From Corallochytrium limacisporum Hawaii (taxonomy: Eukaryota > Protista > Pluriformea), in contig PDIP01000003.1 of the NCBI GenBank assembly GCA_002811645.1, positions 310,001-374,000 on the forward strand: a stretch of 64,000 bases of DNA, given 5' to 3'. The notes beneath the pieces are model-generated. The model saw nothing but the letters and a program-made list of their open reading frames with translations, ran no database searches and was not told the origin of the DNA. Shown here piece after piece: positions 44,519 through 55,489 of this stretch. Numbering within the stretch: position 1 is the first letter of the stretch; every line of letters starts with the position of its first letter. Made by a program: the position numbers and the translations under genes.

Positions 44519-46255
44519 ATGTCAGTCGACGTGAAGAATGGTAAGATTGTGGCATTGATGCCCATGAAGCACAAGTCGGAGCGTGTTCCCGGCAAGAACT
44601 TCCGTGAGTTCAATGGACGCCCACTATTCCATTGGACCCTGCAGACTCTGCTTGCAGTTCCCGAAATCGACGAGGTCGTTGTAAACACAGACTCGCAGAC
44701 CATTAAGGACGAAATTAACCAGAACTTCCCTGCCGTGAAGATCATTGACCGCCCGGAGCATCTCCAGGGCGGAGATGTGCCCATGAACGAGATTCTAATG
44801 CACGATGCAGAGAAAACTGGTGCCAGCATCCTGCTTCAAACCCATAGCACAAATCCGCTGCTCCGTCCACAGAGCATCAGCGGCGCAATCAACGCTTTCC
44901 GCAACGAATATCCCAAATTTGACTCTCTCTTCAGCGTCACGAAGACCTACAAGCGTTTTTATGATCAACTGGGACGAGCTATCAACCACAACCCAGCAGT
45001 ATTGCTAAACACTCAGGACCTGCCCCCGATCATGGAGGAGAACAGCTGCATTTATATTTTCACCGCTGATATTCTCAAGGAGCGCCGCAGTCGCCTGGGT
45101 TATCGCCCCCAGATGTATCCTATCAGTGCCGTCGAGGCCCAAGACATTGACGAAGAGCACGAATTCGAGATCGCTAAGGTTCTCCATGGCCTCACTGGAG
45201 GAAAAGCAGAGACTGAATATGCTCAGGCCGCCACTCTGGATGAAGCAAAAGGTGTTACTCGTCTCCGCCCGGTTCCAGGCCACGACTACTCTAAACACGG
45301 TAAGGTGGTGCTCATCACTGCTCCTCATATCATGCCTCAGTGGCATCGGTTTGGTCCTCTTTTGAAGGCGTTCGGTATCGAGTGCAACATGCAGCAAACT
45401 AGCGAGCGCATGGAAGCTGAAGATCTCCTGAAGTTCAGCGGCACGTATGACGGTACCATCTGTGGTGATGACTACTACACGCCGGAAGTTGTTAAGGCGG
45501 CCACTCCTCGTCTGAAGGTCGTGTCCAAGTGGGGGACCGGTATCGATAGCATCAACCAGAAGGCATGCGCTGAGCACGGTGTCATGATTGGTCGCACTCC
45601 GAACGCTTTTACGGAGCCCGTCAGCGACAGTGTTATGGCATACATGCTTCATTTTACTCGCAACCTGGCCCCTATGGACAAGGAAATGAAAGCAGGTCGC
45701 TGGCGAAAGATTGCTGGTCGCAGCATGAAGGAATGCATCCTTGGTATTGTTGGACTTGGGGACATCGGTATGGCAGTGGCCCGTAAAGCTCAGGGCTTCG
45801 ACATGAAAGTTATCGGTTGTGATATCCGCGAGGTCGATCCTGAACTTGTTAAGAAGTTCAACATTGAGGTCACTGACTTTGAGACCGTGCTGCAAACCGC
45901 TGACTTTGTGTCTATCAACTGCGATCTCAATGAGACCTCCTACCACCTAATGAACGATAAGACCTTCGCTATGATGAAGCCCTCTGGCATCATCATCAAC
46001 ACAGCACGGGGCCCGATCATTGAGGAAAAGGCCTTGGAGAAGGCTATATTGGGAGGCATCATCGCTGGTTGCGGCCTGGATGTGTTCGAGTTTGAACCTC
46101 TTCCCCTGACTTCTCCGTTGCGCAAACTAGACAACTGCATCATTGCCCCTCATAACTCTAACTCTAGCCCGTTGGCCCATGAGAACGTGCACTGGAACAC
46201 CCTCCGCAACCTGTTCAAGGGTCTGGAGATCCCATACGAAGACTACTTTGAGTAA
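44519..46255 (+). CDS. Fusion: NeuA/CMAS-type acylneuraminate cytidylyltransferase + D-isomer 2-hydroxyacid (PGDH-like) dehydrogenase
   Basis: PMKHKSERVPGKN..GRPL, VNTDS, LQTHSTNPL, TQDL, EENSCIY, DIDEE; then KVVSKWGTGIDSI, GIVGLGDIG, INTARG, LDVFEFEP, APHNS; ATG 44519. Confidence 0.92.
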   Translation: MSVDVKNGKIVALMPMKHKSERVPGKNFREFNGRPLFHWTLQTLLAVPEIDEVVVNTDSQTIKDEINQNFPAVKIIDRPEHLQGGDVPMNEILMHDAEKTGASILLQTHSTNPLLRPQSISGAINAFRNEYPKFDSLFSVTKTYKRFYDQLGRAINHNPAVLLNTQDLPPIMEENSCIYIFTADILKERRSRLGYRPQMYPISAVEAQDIDEEHEFEIAKVLHGLTGGKAETEYAQAATLDEAKGVTRLRPVPGHDYSKHGKVVLITAPHIMPQWHRFGPLLKAFGIECNMQQTSERMEAEDLLKFSGTYDGTICGDDYYTPEVVKAATPRLKVVSKWGTGIDSINQKACAEHGVMIGRTPNAFTEPVSDSVMAYMLHFTRNLAPMDKEMKAGRWRKIAGRSMKECILGIVGLGDIGMAVARKAQGFDMKVIGCDIREVDPELVKKFNIEVTDFETVLQTADFVSINCDLNETSYHLMNDKTFAMMKPSGIIINTARGPIIEEKALEKAILGGIIAGCGLDVFEFEPLPLTSPLRKLDNCIIAPHNSNSSPLAHENVHWNTLRNLFKGLEIPYEDYFE

Positions 46256-46429
46256 ATTGTAGTACTCGAATCCCTGAGGGTCCACAAATACGAGTGTTCC
46301 AAGTCGCATTATATCGAGTTTGTCATGTGACCAATAAAATCTAACACTCCCGTCGAGCTCACAGTTGTTTCTATGTTCCTTTATTTTTCGGTTTAGCTAC
46401 TTTTTTATTGCTCCCTTCGATACAGACAT

Positions 46430-49400
46430 TCATTCACTGTCAGAGTCATCCTTCGCCAACGCCGCCGTGTCTCGTGTCTCACTCTCAGAGGTGTCACTCG
46501 TCAAGGCCGCCGTGTCTCGAGTCTCGCCGTCCATGCCAATTCTGCTGCTGGCCTGGCAAGATGTAGAGTTACGGCGGTCTCCTTGACCGGGCGGCTTCAG
46601 ACCGTCGTCAGGTGCAAGGGCCTTCAAACCGGCAGTGCCAAGAACAGTGGCGGACACCTGACCTGGCACATTGGACAACCAGGCCGGAATTTGCGGACCA
46701 TCATCGTCGTAAAGGCAAGGATTGCTGTGTTCGTATCCCTGGGCAGCCTTATCAAGTTGTCTCTGCCTGTCATCCTCCACCGAGTACAAATCATTGCCAC
46801 CCGTTGACGGTCGTCCACCAGCAGCAAACGTTAGAATGTTATCGTGACTCGGTACACGTTTGCTCTTACGCACACACCTTGGATTTGGATCGTCGATAAT
46901 GCCAAGGGAACGACGCATAACTTTACGCGAGCGCTGGACCATCACGGCTTCCTTGCCGGCGCGCCACTCCCAGAAGAGTTCAACACCATCGAGACCGACC
47001 ACCATAACAATGAGAATGGTGCTAGCAATAGCACTCATCTGACCAATCAAGGCCGTCAAGTTTGTCTTGCGCGTAACTGTGGTCTTGTACTCCAAATTGT
47101 TCTGCAGAAGCACAAACTCCACCATCGGCGCCCTCTGCTGGCTCACATCGGTAACAGAGTCGGCCCGAAGCGTAACGGCCGCGGCATCCACAGTGAAACC
47201 AGCCTCAACTTTGTACCCAGACTCGGCTGTGATACCACCGAAGTGTTTGCCGAAACTCACAAATCGTGACCGATGGAACTGGGACTGAATGTTCAACTTC
47301 AGGGTATCGAAATCGGAGCGGTCCACTGTGTATACAAAATCATCCGGAGGTCGGATGGCCTCCGAGTACGACGTTGGTTCAGACTCAACGGGAGAATTGG
47401 CTAGGAACGTCACACGAGAGGCAGACAGAATACTACACGCACGTAGCTCCAAATCAAAGGCAGCCCGGTCAGTCTCCCACGAACCCGATACCTGAACTGA
47501 ACCCAACAAATTACCAGCACCGTCGTAATAACAGCCGTCAGTCCAATTGGCACTTGCAGGGGCGTTGGCCGGGCGAATAAATTGGGCACTTGTATCACTT
47601 TCGGTGGTCAGCACGCAGTCCAGAGTTGATGTGTCAGCACTGGATGGGGTGACGTAGAAGGCAAACGTAACTATAGCCGTGAGAGGTGCCCAATTGTCCA
47701 GGGAGAGGCCTTCGGAATCTACTGCTCCCGGTTCCTCCGCCGATGCCGCGACAAAGGTCCGTGTAATCACAACGTTTTCGAAGATATAATCCGCCAGCAA
47801 ATTCAACCAGGCAAGCGCGACAAGGAAGACAGCCAGCATGGAAAAGCATCCGCGTATGGAGGTCTTGACTAGAGTCTCACTGAACAGTTTACCTGACTCA
47901 TCAAACTCAATAGTGTGCTCAATGCGACGGGGTGCAAGAATGTGAAGTAGCACCAGTTTCTCGGCAGTCCAGTCGGGCAGAGCCTTCAGCAAGATAATAA
48001 CAATCAAGGCCACAAGTGCGGCTGTACCACCCACAATCATGTATGTGTGGTTCTTGAACTTAGCGGCCTCACCGGGTCGATTACTCTCAGTGCTAAAATC
48101 TGTTTCCGTGCTGGCAGAGTAGTAACCGTAGTCAGTGTCTTCAGCAGCGGTTGTGTCACCCGGTGCAGTCGCGCGGCGTTTCCGAGTGGGAGTGTCCGAT
48201 GGCGTGTCGCCCACATCGCCGCCATTAGCAGTCGGTCGACGCAGCGGCGCAGGGGCACCGTAGGGGCATTCAAACCCTTCTGGACAAGACTCACAAGTTT
48301 TCAGGCCAGAATCTCCATCGCTGACCTGGTACTGACCACGCGGACAAGGCTTGCAACGGCTACCACCAACGGCCACTGTCCCAGGGGGGCAGACCTGACA
48401 AGAAGCCATCACATTATAAGATGGAGAAATGGCACCAGGGGGACAGGAAGTGCAGGTCGAGAATTGAGCGTTGTAGTAATCACCTGGACGACAACCTGCA
48501 CTGACACTTACCATCGCACTCTTCGTGATCTTACGGGACGACGTCGAGGCAGCAGCATCTTCAGACACAATGTACGGAGCAGTCACATACATTACATTGT
48601 TCAAGGTCGACACGGCACTACGCAAACGGTGTCCAGCAAGCACACGGTAGTCTACTTGGACACCGTATTGTCCCCCATTTATACGCTCAATTTCAGCGGG
48701 CAATAGATCGCTTTCCGGACTAGGCAACAGGCTCTTGGATCCCACGGGTAAGCTGAGACTGTTCAACAGGCCGCTCACAATAAGACCATCGGTGAGTTCT
48801 GCAGCCTGAATCTCTTGACTGAAATCCTTGAGGTTAAACACTTTGATCGCGTGATCACTCAGAGAAATACCCAATGACTTGTAGTTGGTGGCAATAGGAT
48901 TGCTAGTGAAGCGAGGTATGGTCGCACAGTCAGGACAAAAGCGCAGGGTTGAGCTTGTCAGCCGATCCTGCACTCCTGTATCGCTGGGATTTTCTTCATC
49001 CCACAGGCCACATTGAATACCTAGCGTGCCTAGCATGCACGCACCACTGGGCAACGCTGTGGCAGCGGTAAACGTGGAAGAAAGAGTTTGATCAGCGAAG
49101 ATGCTGAACCCATGATCAATGTCAATGGCATCGAGTGACCTCAGCCAAGACACGCCTGCTACACCCTGAATAGCATAGTGAAGGGCCTTATCAGAGCGCG
49201 AGAGGTATGCACTCTGATGAACGAGATGTAAGGGGTACAGACGAAAATCAACATACTTGTACCATTCACTGCTCATCACTTCCATTTCATTTCGTGCTCC
49301 GGAGACATAAGCGTCAAAAACAGTGGCTTCGGCATCATTCTTCTTCAACAGATTTGCTGGGTCATAGAAGGCGATTTGACCACATGCCTGGATCATCACG

Positions 49401-52273
49401 CGCTCGGTGTCACCGCTGGCTAGGGTAATGACAGAGGGACCACTTGCAATGCGACACTCATATGGGTTCAGGTCACTTGGATCTGCTGCCTGAGCCAAGT
49501 CTTGTGAGAACAGGTCCACATAGGATACCCCGACAAATTCGACACGAATTAAACGGGGTGCATACATTCGTTGCACAAGCGTTACAAAGCACAGACGACT
49601 TGTGGAGCATGCAAATTCAGAGACATCAGCCTCAGCCCAGAGAATTTTGTTTGTCAGAGGGACAACTTGCATCGAAATCAGATCGTAGCGCTCCACAGTC
49701 ACCGCTGTGTAAGGGTTCGTTGTGAACGAGGTCGTCACCAACATGGAACCACCGGGGACCAGCGCAAAGACACGTCCATCGTCAAGCATTCGGGGTTGAG
49801 GTGGCGGCCATTTGGGAGCAAACTGTCTATAGGCCTCCTCGTTAAAGGAATTTGCGTAATCGTCCAATTCGATGTTAACCATTGCCACAGATTCCCCTCC
49901 CAGAAACGCAAATTCTAAGGTGTACCCCAGTGGAATTGTGTAAACCTTGTCACTGCCGTCAATGGCACGCTGCTCGGCGAAATGGAGGACACCGTAAACC
50001 ATGCTTCGCCCGCCAGGCAACATCAGAGGTGCTCCCGCCATTTTGAAGACAGTCGTGGTCTTTGAACTGACACTGAGGCTGCTGATGGGGGTGTTCAATG
50101 TCTGCTGAGCCCAGTCATAGTTGCCGCTTTCAGTGAGTAGACCTAGATTACGAGGCATGAATTCACCGCTGAGGCGAGGCCCAGGCAGTTGTGAAGGACA
50201 GAAAGTGTTTGGACGATCGCAGAAAGTCCGCACCTCTGGGCACTTGCCGAGGTCACAGGAAACTGATTCTGTGAGTTCTTCATCCGCTGGGCACGGAATT
50301 CCGTCACCCACGGTAGGTTTCAAAATCTGACGAGATCGGAGACTCGTTCCTTCACCACACAGGGGCTGTACACCTGTGTTACATTGGCGCTTGTTATTAT
50401 CGGAAAGAACTGGGACCCATTCGCTCAAGACGCAATCACGTCGTTCCGGTATCTCATTGACCAAACAGTCACCCAGGTCCCACTGACAGTCTGCACTTGC
50501 GCACTCAGGATCGCAGACGGAGTCTCCGAGCCAATTGATCTTGCAACTCAAGGGACAGTCATCTAAACCAAGATCAAAGCCCAGAGCACCGGTCAGATCC
50601 GTGTAGTTGCCAACTGCACAATCAAAGTTATCAAACAGGCAGAGAGCATTGTTGCACGTGTCTTGACAGATACCGTCACCAATCCAGTTGAAGTTACATC
50701 CTTTGGCGCACTCAAAGTCACTCTCAGCAAAGATATCTGCAAAAGGATTTTCTTCACACACCCCGTTGTCGTAGTCGCAGGCTTCCACGTTACATGCGGC
50801 TTGGCATACATAGTCTTTGTTCATACCGCTGAAGTCGTCGCAGAGAGGTGCACACCAAGGGTTTGCAATGCCATTGCAGTCTTCTTCGTCATAGTTGCAT
50901 TCTGCATTATTACACCAGTTGTCACAGATAGAATTGCCTCGCATGTCCACCCTGCATTGACCCAAGGTTACCTCCTCGCACGTGTCCGCAAAACCGCCAG
51001 CAACGGAACAGTCATCACCATCGAAGGCACAGTCCGGTACACCCGCACATGCACTATCGCACATACCGTTGTTCACCATGTCACTGCGACACCTAAGGTC
51101 GGGATCACAATAGGATACGTATTCTTCGGGAATTTCACAATCGTCACCGTCAAACTGACATTCCGGGACGTTGCATTCCTCATCACAAATGAAGTTTCCG
51201 TAGACCACTAAGCAGGCAGCTGAGCACCCCGATGCATCACAGTCGCCATGATCGTAGTCACACTCCGCTACATTGCAAGCTTCCTGACATATGGAGTCTC
51301 CCTCATTTGCTGGCAAGCACCCAGGTGCACACCGATACACCTGGCAGTCTCCGCCGTCAAAATTGCATACATCACTGTTGCATTCCTGGTTACAGAATCG
51401 ATTACCCCAATCCTGAATATTGCACCTCTGAGAACCACAGAGACAATCGCGATTATCCCAACCACAGTTGAAAGTGTTACATTCCGGATCACAGACTCCG
51501 TTGTTTAACTTCCATTCACTGCACTCCGGGGAACAAGCCGGCCGCGGTGTGAATTCAGGGCTGTGATCACAGTTTCCATTGTCGTAGCCGCATGCTTGGT
51601 TGAAGCATTCAGGGTCACAGTCTGCATTTATCTGCATATCTTGTGTGCATCCAGGAGCACACATACCCGCATTGGACGCTTCGGCACAGTCACCTCCGTC
51701 CCATTCGCACCTCTCATTGTTGCACGCCCATTGACAGGTGGCGTCACCCCGCATATGGAAGGGACAGTCATACCAGCATTCGTTCGTGTTCGGCCAAGTG
51801 CAATCGTCGTTGTCAAATCCACAACCTTCTGAGTTGCAGTCGATATCACATATACCATTCCCCAGCATACCTGCAGTACATTCTTCTGGACATTGAAGTG
51901 GCGGACGACAGGAACCGTTGTCATGTCTACAATCTGGGGTATTACAGGCGTAGTCGCATTGAGAATCGTACAGATCACATTCAATTGGACACCCTTCAAC
52001 ATTTATGTCATCACTATAGCAGCGGCCCCTATCAAACCAACAGCCTGGATGATTGCATTCAGGATCACACTCCTCATTGTCCAGCATGCCGCTGTCACAG
52101 GAACATTTGCAATCACCATTGTCGTGCTCGCAGTTGGGAGAATTGCATTCCACTTCGCAAAAGCCATTGCCCAGCATGGCCTTAGTACAGCCAGGAGAGC
52201 ATTCTACTGAAGCGACAACCTCCTTCGTATAGGTCAAACATACCAATGCCATGAGGGCCGTGATTGCCCGCAT
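46430..52273 (-). CDS. Giant cell-surface protein: signal peptide, 15 LNR (Notch) repeats, TSP1, Cys-rich GCC2/3-like repeats, three TMs
   Basis: C..C....G(D/N)..CD..CN...C..D.GDC x15 (about 52204-50465); DCVLSEW..CGEG..RSR..C (50437-50240); C..CP.G repeats (48496-48246); three hydrophobic segments. Confidence 0.9.
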   Translation of the reverse strand: MRAITALMALVCLTYTKEVVASVECSPGCTKAMLGNGFCEVECNSPNCEHDNGDCKCSCDSGMLDNEECDPECNHPGCWFDRGRCYSDDINVEGCPIECDLYDSQCDYACNTPDCRHDNGSCRPPLQCPEECTAGMLGNGICDIDCNSEGCGFDNDDCTWPNTNECWYDCPFHMRGDATCQWACNNERCEWDGGDCAEASNAGMCAPGCTQDMQINADCDPECFNQACGYDNGNCDHSPEFTPRPACSPECSEWKLNNGVCDPECNTFNCGWDNRDCLCGSQRCNIQDWGNRFCNQECNSDVCNFDGGDCQVYRCAPGCLPANEGDSICQEACNVAECDYDHGDCDASGCSAACLVVYGNFICDEECNVPECQFDGDDCEIPEEYVSYCDPDLRCRSDMVNNGMCDSACAGVPDCAFDGDDCSVAGGFADTCEEVTLGQCRVDMRGNSICDNWCNNAECNYDEEDCNGIANPWCAPLCDDFSGMNKDYVCQAACNVEACDYDNGVCEENPFADIFAESDFECAKGCNFNWIGDGICQDTCNNALCLFDNFDCAVGNYTDLTGALGFDLGLDDCPLSCKINWLGDSVCDPECASADCQWDLGDCLVNEIPERRDCVLSEWVPVLSDNNKRQCNTGVQPLCGEGTSLRSRQILKPTVGDGIPCPADEELTESVSCDLGKCPEVRTFCDRPNTFCPSQLPGPRLSGEFMPRNLGLLTESGNYDWAQQTLNTPISSLSVSSKTTTVFKMAGAPLMLPGGRSMVYGVLHFAEQRAIDGSDKVYTIPLGYTLEFAFLGGESVAMVNIELDDYANSFNEEAYRQFAPKWPPPQPRMLDDGRVFALVPGGSMLVTTSFTTNPYTAVTVERYDLISMQVVPLTNKILWAEADVSEFACSTSRLCFVTLVQRMYAPRLIRVEFVGVSYVDLFSQDLAQAADPSDLNPYECRIASGPSVITLASGDTERVMIQACGQIAFYDPANLLKKNDAEATVFDAYVSGARNEMEVMSSEWYKYVDFRLYPLHLVHQSAYLSRSDKALHYAIQGVAGVSWLRSLDAIDIDHGFSIFADQTLSSTFTAATALPSGACMLGTLGIQCGLWDEENPSDTGVQDRLTSSTLRFCPDCATIPRFTSNPIATNYKSLGISLSDHAIKVFNLKDFSQEIQAAELTDGLIVSGLLNSLSLPVGSKSLLPSPESDLLPAEIERINGGQYGVQVDYRVLAGHRLRSAVSTLNNVMYVTAPYIVSEDAAASTSSRKITKSAMVSVSAGCRPGDYYNAQFSTCTSCPPGAISPSYNVMASCQVCPPGTVAVGGSRCKPCPRGQYQVSDGDSGLKTCESCPEGFECPYGAPAPLRRPTANGGDVGDTPSDTPTRKRRATAPGDTTAAEDTDYGYYSASTETDFSTESNRPGEAAKFKNHTYMIVGGTAALVALIVIILLKALPDWTAEKLVLLHILAPRRIEHTIEFDESGKLFSETLVKTSIRGCFSMLAVFLVALAWLNLLADYIFENVVITRTFVAASAEEPGAVDSEGLSLDNWAPLTAIVTFAFYVTPSSADTSTLDCVLTTESDTSAQFIRPANAPASANWTDGCYYDGAGNLLGSVQVSGSWETDRAAFDLELRACSILSASRVTFLANSPVESEPTSYSEAIRPPDDFVYTVDRSDFDTLKLNIQSQFHRSRFVSFGKHFGGITAESGYKVEAGFTVDAAAVTLRADSVTDVSQQRAPMVEFVLLQNNLEYKTTVTRKTNLTALIGQMSAIASTILIVMVVGLDGVELFWEWRAGKEAVMVQRSRKVMRRSLGIIDDPNPRCVRKSKRVPSHDNILTFAAGGRPSTGGNDLYSVEDDRQRQLDKAAQGYEHSNPCLYDDDGPQIPAWLSNVPGQVSATVLGTAGLKALAPDDGLKPPGQGDRRNSTSCQASSRIGMDGETRDTAALTSDTSESETRDTAALAKDDSDSE
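46461..46525. repeat. Intragenic duplication encoding ETRDTAAL twice
   Basis: gccgccgtgtctcg(t/a)gtctc repeated at 45-nt spacing. Confidence 0.8.
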
Positions 52274-54712
52274 GTTGTGTTTGTGATCCAACCTATCTCA
52301 ACGTGGATAGCAGCGGATAATACTCGTACACAGAAAATTGTGGTAATGTACCCCACACACACACAGAATATCACACAAAGTCGTGGTAGAGTTTTACCAG
52401 TGTCCGAAGCAAGGTACTCTGAAGTATCTGATCACATAGGCGGGTAGACCACAGTTCGGACTTTCCGTCATGTCCATGACCCGTCAGCGCGTGGAGATCG
52501 TCGGCTGTGTTCTCATTCATGCGATCCTATGGACACTCGTGTTTCATCCCCACTCCATATTTCGGTGTACATGAACTGCCTCACAGAACCACAGTACTGC
52601 GCACGGGCCTCTCTGTTGAATGCGATTGGAGCTTGGTAACTTCTTGAAAGTTGAAGAGTTCACTGGCTATGAAAAGTAAATGAGAGCCCAAGAGAAAGGA
52701 GTCGCCTTCGTCTCGTGGGAACCGCCCGCGCAGACCGGAATCTGCCCGCTCTGCAGAGCAACTTCACACCTGGCGAATTGTGCTCCCCTATTCACCCGTC
52801 CCTCGAGCAGGTGTAGGGACCAGAACAGAATCTCAGAAAAGATGCAATATGTTCAGTCCTGAAAATCGAATTCGTGATCTTGGAGAGTGTTCGTGGAGCC
52901 CGCTGTAACGCAGCAAGAAGAAGGGGATTCATTCGAGAGATCGGCGATTGCAGTTGAAGCACGAAGATTAGGGCCCAACCGGGCGGGTGGGGAGAGGGAG
53001 GGGGGGAAAGGGGGAAAACGAAGAGAAGAATTTCTGTTCTCTGTTTCTTCTAGGCCATGTCATTCCATTCTTTCGTCTAGAGTAGTGCCCACAAGAAGGT
53101 TCTCCAAGGCGACGCTGTTGCGGTATGGGAAAAGCAGGGGGGTGGGTTTGGACAGACCTGGCCGAAATAGACCGTCAGGCAAAGTTGGCACAGAGAGGCG
53201 GGATACCGAAGACTGTGAAGCGCGGCACAACCGCAGCGCTCCATGATAAATACATCATGAGTTCTCGAGACAGGAGCCCGCACATATGATGGGGGAGTTA
53301 ACCTAGGCAGAGATGCTCTCTCCTTCATATCTCCTCCAGATACGGTGTGCGCAGCCAATTTCCGCTTTGCTGGCCTCTTGGGTGCTACTACTCTACTGGT
53401 TCGCTATAGTGACGAGAGGAAGGAGGATATGATCGAGAAAATTTCAGCTGACGCTCCCTGATCCGAGGGGAAGCAATGCACGAACTCTAGCCTAAAGGAA
53501 GGCAAAAAAAAATTGAAGAAAGATGACCATCTTAGAAGCATGACAGAACAAAATCAACTCATGTTTGCTTGGTTGGATGGATCCTCCATGCAGTAACCTA
53601 TGATGTACATGGAGGTTTGCATTGTTTGCTGGTGGTAATAGCTTCCTTTTGTAGAAAGTGATTGACTGTACCAGGGCTTTCATAATGATGCAACACTCAT
53701 CCAAAAGTTGAAAGTCACTCACCATCCAAAAGAAATTCTCTTAGAACGTTAGTATAAGCAAGTTACTGTGTGTATGGTAACCCAATCAAAGAAAAGTATT
53801 CAATATATACGTGCTCCCCACACTCAGCTCCCCGTGGGTCGGCACTGCACATCTACATTGTCCTTCCGTTGACCCTTCGCGATGGCTTAGGGGGAAGAAG
53901 GAAGGGTCGATTTGACGAGTTATTGCATCCCCGGCCTCCTTGTTTAACCTTCGGTTGCGAAGCAGCCCCGCTCCTGCTCTGCGTTCGCTAGCGCTCGTCG
54001 TGCAGCTTCCGAGCCCCCTCCCCCTCCCGCAGTCGGGCAGTCACGGGAGACACTAGGCGGAACGCGGATCGGCAGAACGGTTGGATAATATATTAAGCAG
54101 CATAGATTAAAGCGACAGCTTGTCTCAGTACCTGTGGCGCGGACCAGCACTGTAATTTCAATGAAGACGTAGTTTTGAAGGAACCGCAGTCTGGGCTTCC
54201 ACTCTCTCAACCTAGGGACTATGGTAATTGTAAGGCTCCTTCCGTCCACAGTGAATGTGCCCGCCTGGGTTTCAGTAGTTTGACCTCAAATGCAAAGGTT
54301 CCACCATGTGTACGCGTATGGCTACTGGAACCTATAGTGACAGCAGATGAGAGACTGCGCCCTTCCTGTAAGGGGTGAATGCATCAACAGTGTCCCTACG
54401 TCCAGTTGCGTCATGATGATATCCCCTGACATTTATGCAAATACTTACAGATTTGTCATTGTGAAGCTCCAAGGATTTGTCGGGACATTGCTATTGTACA
54501 AGGTAATTCCTTTATCTACAACCTTGACCATCAGTGGTTTGGCGTTTTCAGTAATCAGAGTGCTGGATGCCTGGAAATTGGCAGGCAATAGCCAGTCTGA
54601 ATATTCCCGGCATGACCGTCGCAAAGAGAAAATACTACGCACTGTAATGCCAATGGAAAATATGCAATGTACACATGAGTGATGATGTTTGCGTCAAGAG
54701 GTAGGGGATCAG

Positions 54713-55489
54713 TTATGAAAACTCCATGTCGTTCGACATCTCGGCCGACATGTCATCGAACTCATCCAAGCGAATATGCTCCGTTGCTCCGTCCCGTCGC
54801 TGCTTGTACTTGTAAACGGCGAACCCGGTGCCCCCAAGAACAACAACGGCTACAAGGATACCTATTCCTGCTGTAAGAGCAGCTTGTGTTCTGGAGCTGC
54901 GATGCTCATCCTCTTGTGCGGAATAAGCTGCTAGGTCATCGATGGTGGGCAGTGCCTTACGAATCTGAAGGTCATATTCAAGAGCCATTTGCCGAATAAA
55001 AGATTCTTGAGAAAACATTCCCACTAGTATTGAAACAGTCTCATCGTACGGGTCTGGAATGGAGTCGGTGGCATTCATCAATGCGACATCTCCAAAAATT
55101 ATATCGACATACGCAAAGTCTTTGGCTTCGTCGTACTGTATAAAATAGTCAGGCTCGGAAATGGTTTCATCATCCTCGACCAATGCGCTATGCGTGAGTC
55201 TTATGAGAGAATAGTGATAAATTGTTCCCCTAGCTAAATGGAGCAATTCTTGGAATGTGTAGAATCCTTCTGGAGGATTTGTTTGTCCTTGGACAAAGAA
55301 CATGACTGAAATCGCCAGCTCTCCTTCTTCTCGTGGTTCGGTCCGGAATTCTTCATCTCGTAAGTCAAAGCCAATCGAACCATGTGGAAGAAGCTCATCC
55401 GGAGAGTAAAATTCTAGGCGGAAAGCCGACGCAACAAGGCCGCACAGCAGTAACAGCAGGTGCAAGGCCCGCGTGATGTATATAGTCAT
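54713..55489 (-). CDS. Hypothetical type I membrane protein with acidic ectodomain
   Basis: Signal peptide MTIYITRALHLLLLLCGLVASA, single TM AALTAGIGILVAVVVLGGTGFAVY, basic stop-transfer KYKQRR. Confidence 0.8.
   Translation of the reverse strand: MTIYITRALHLLLLLCGLVASAFRLEFYSPDELLPHGSIGFDLRDEEFRTEPREEGELAISVMFFVQGQTNPPEGFYTFQELLHLARGTIYHYSLIRLTHSALVEDDETISEPDYFIQYDEAKDFAYVDIIFGDVALMNATDSIPDPYDETVSILVGMFSQESFIRQMALEYDLQIRKALPTIDDLAAYSAQEDEHRSSRTQAALTAGIGILVAVVVLGGTGFAVYKYKQRRDGATEHIRLDEFDDMSAEMSNDMEFS

Noticed and set aside
50465-52204. Calling the LNR protein a Notch ortholog
   Set aside because: No EGF array, NOD/NODP or ankyrin repeats, and a three-TM topology
53583-53615. CCTCCATG/CATGGAGG inverted repeat
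   Set aside because: A single 8-bp stem is expected by chance
54441-54450. ATACTTAC resembling the U1 snRNA 5' end
   Set aside because: Continues AG rather than CTG; no U1 stem-loops or Sm site
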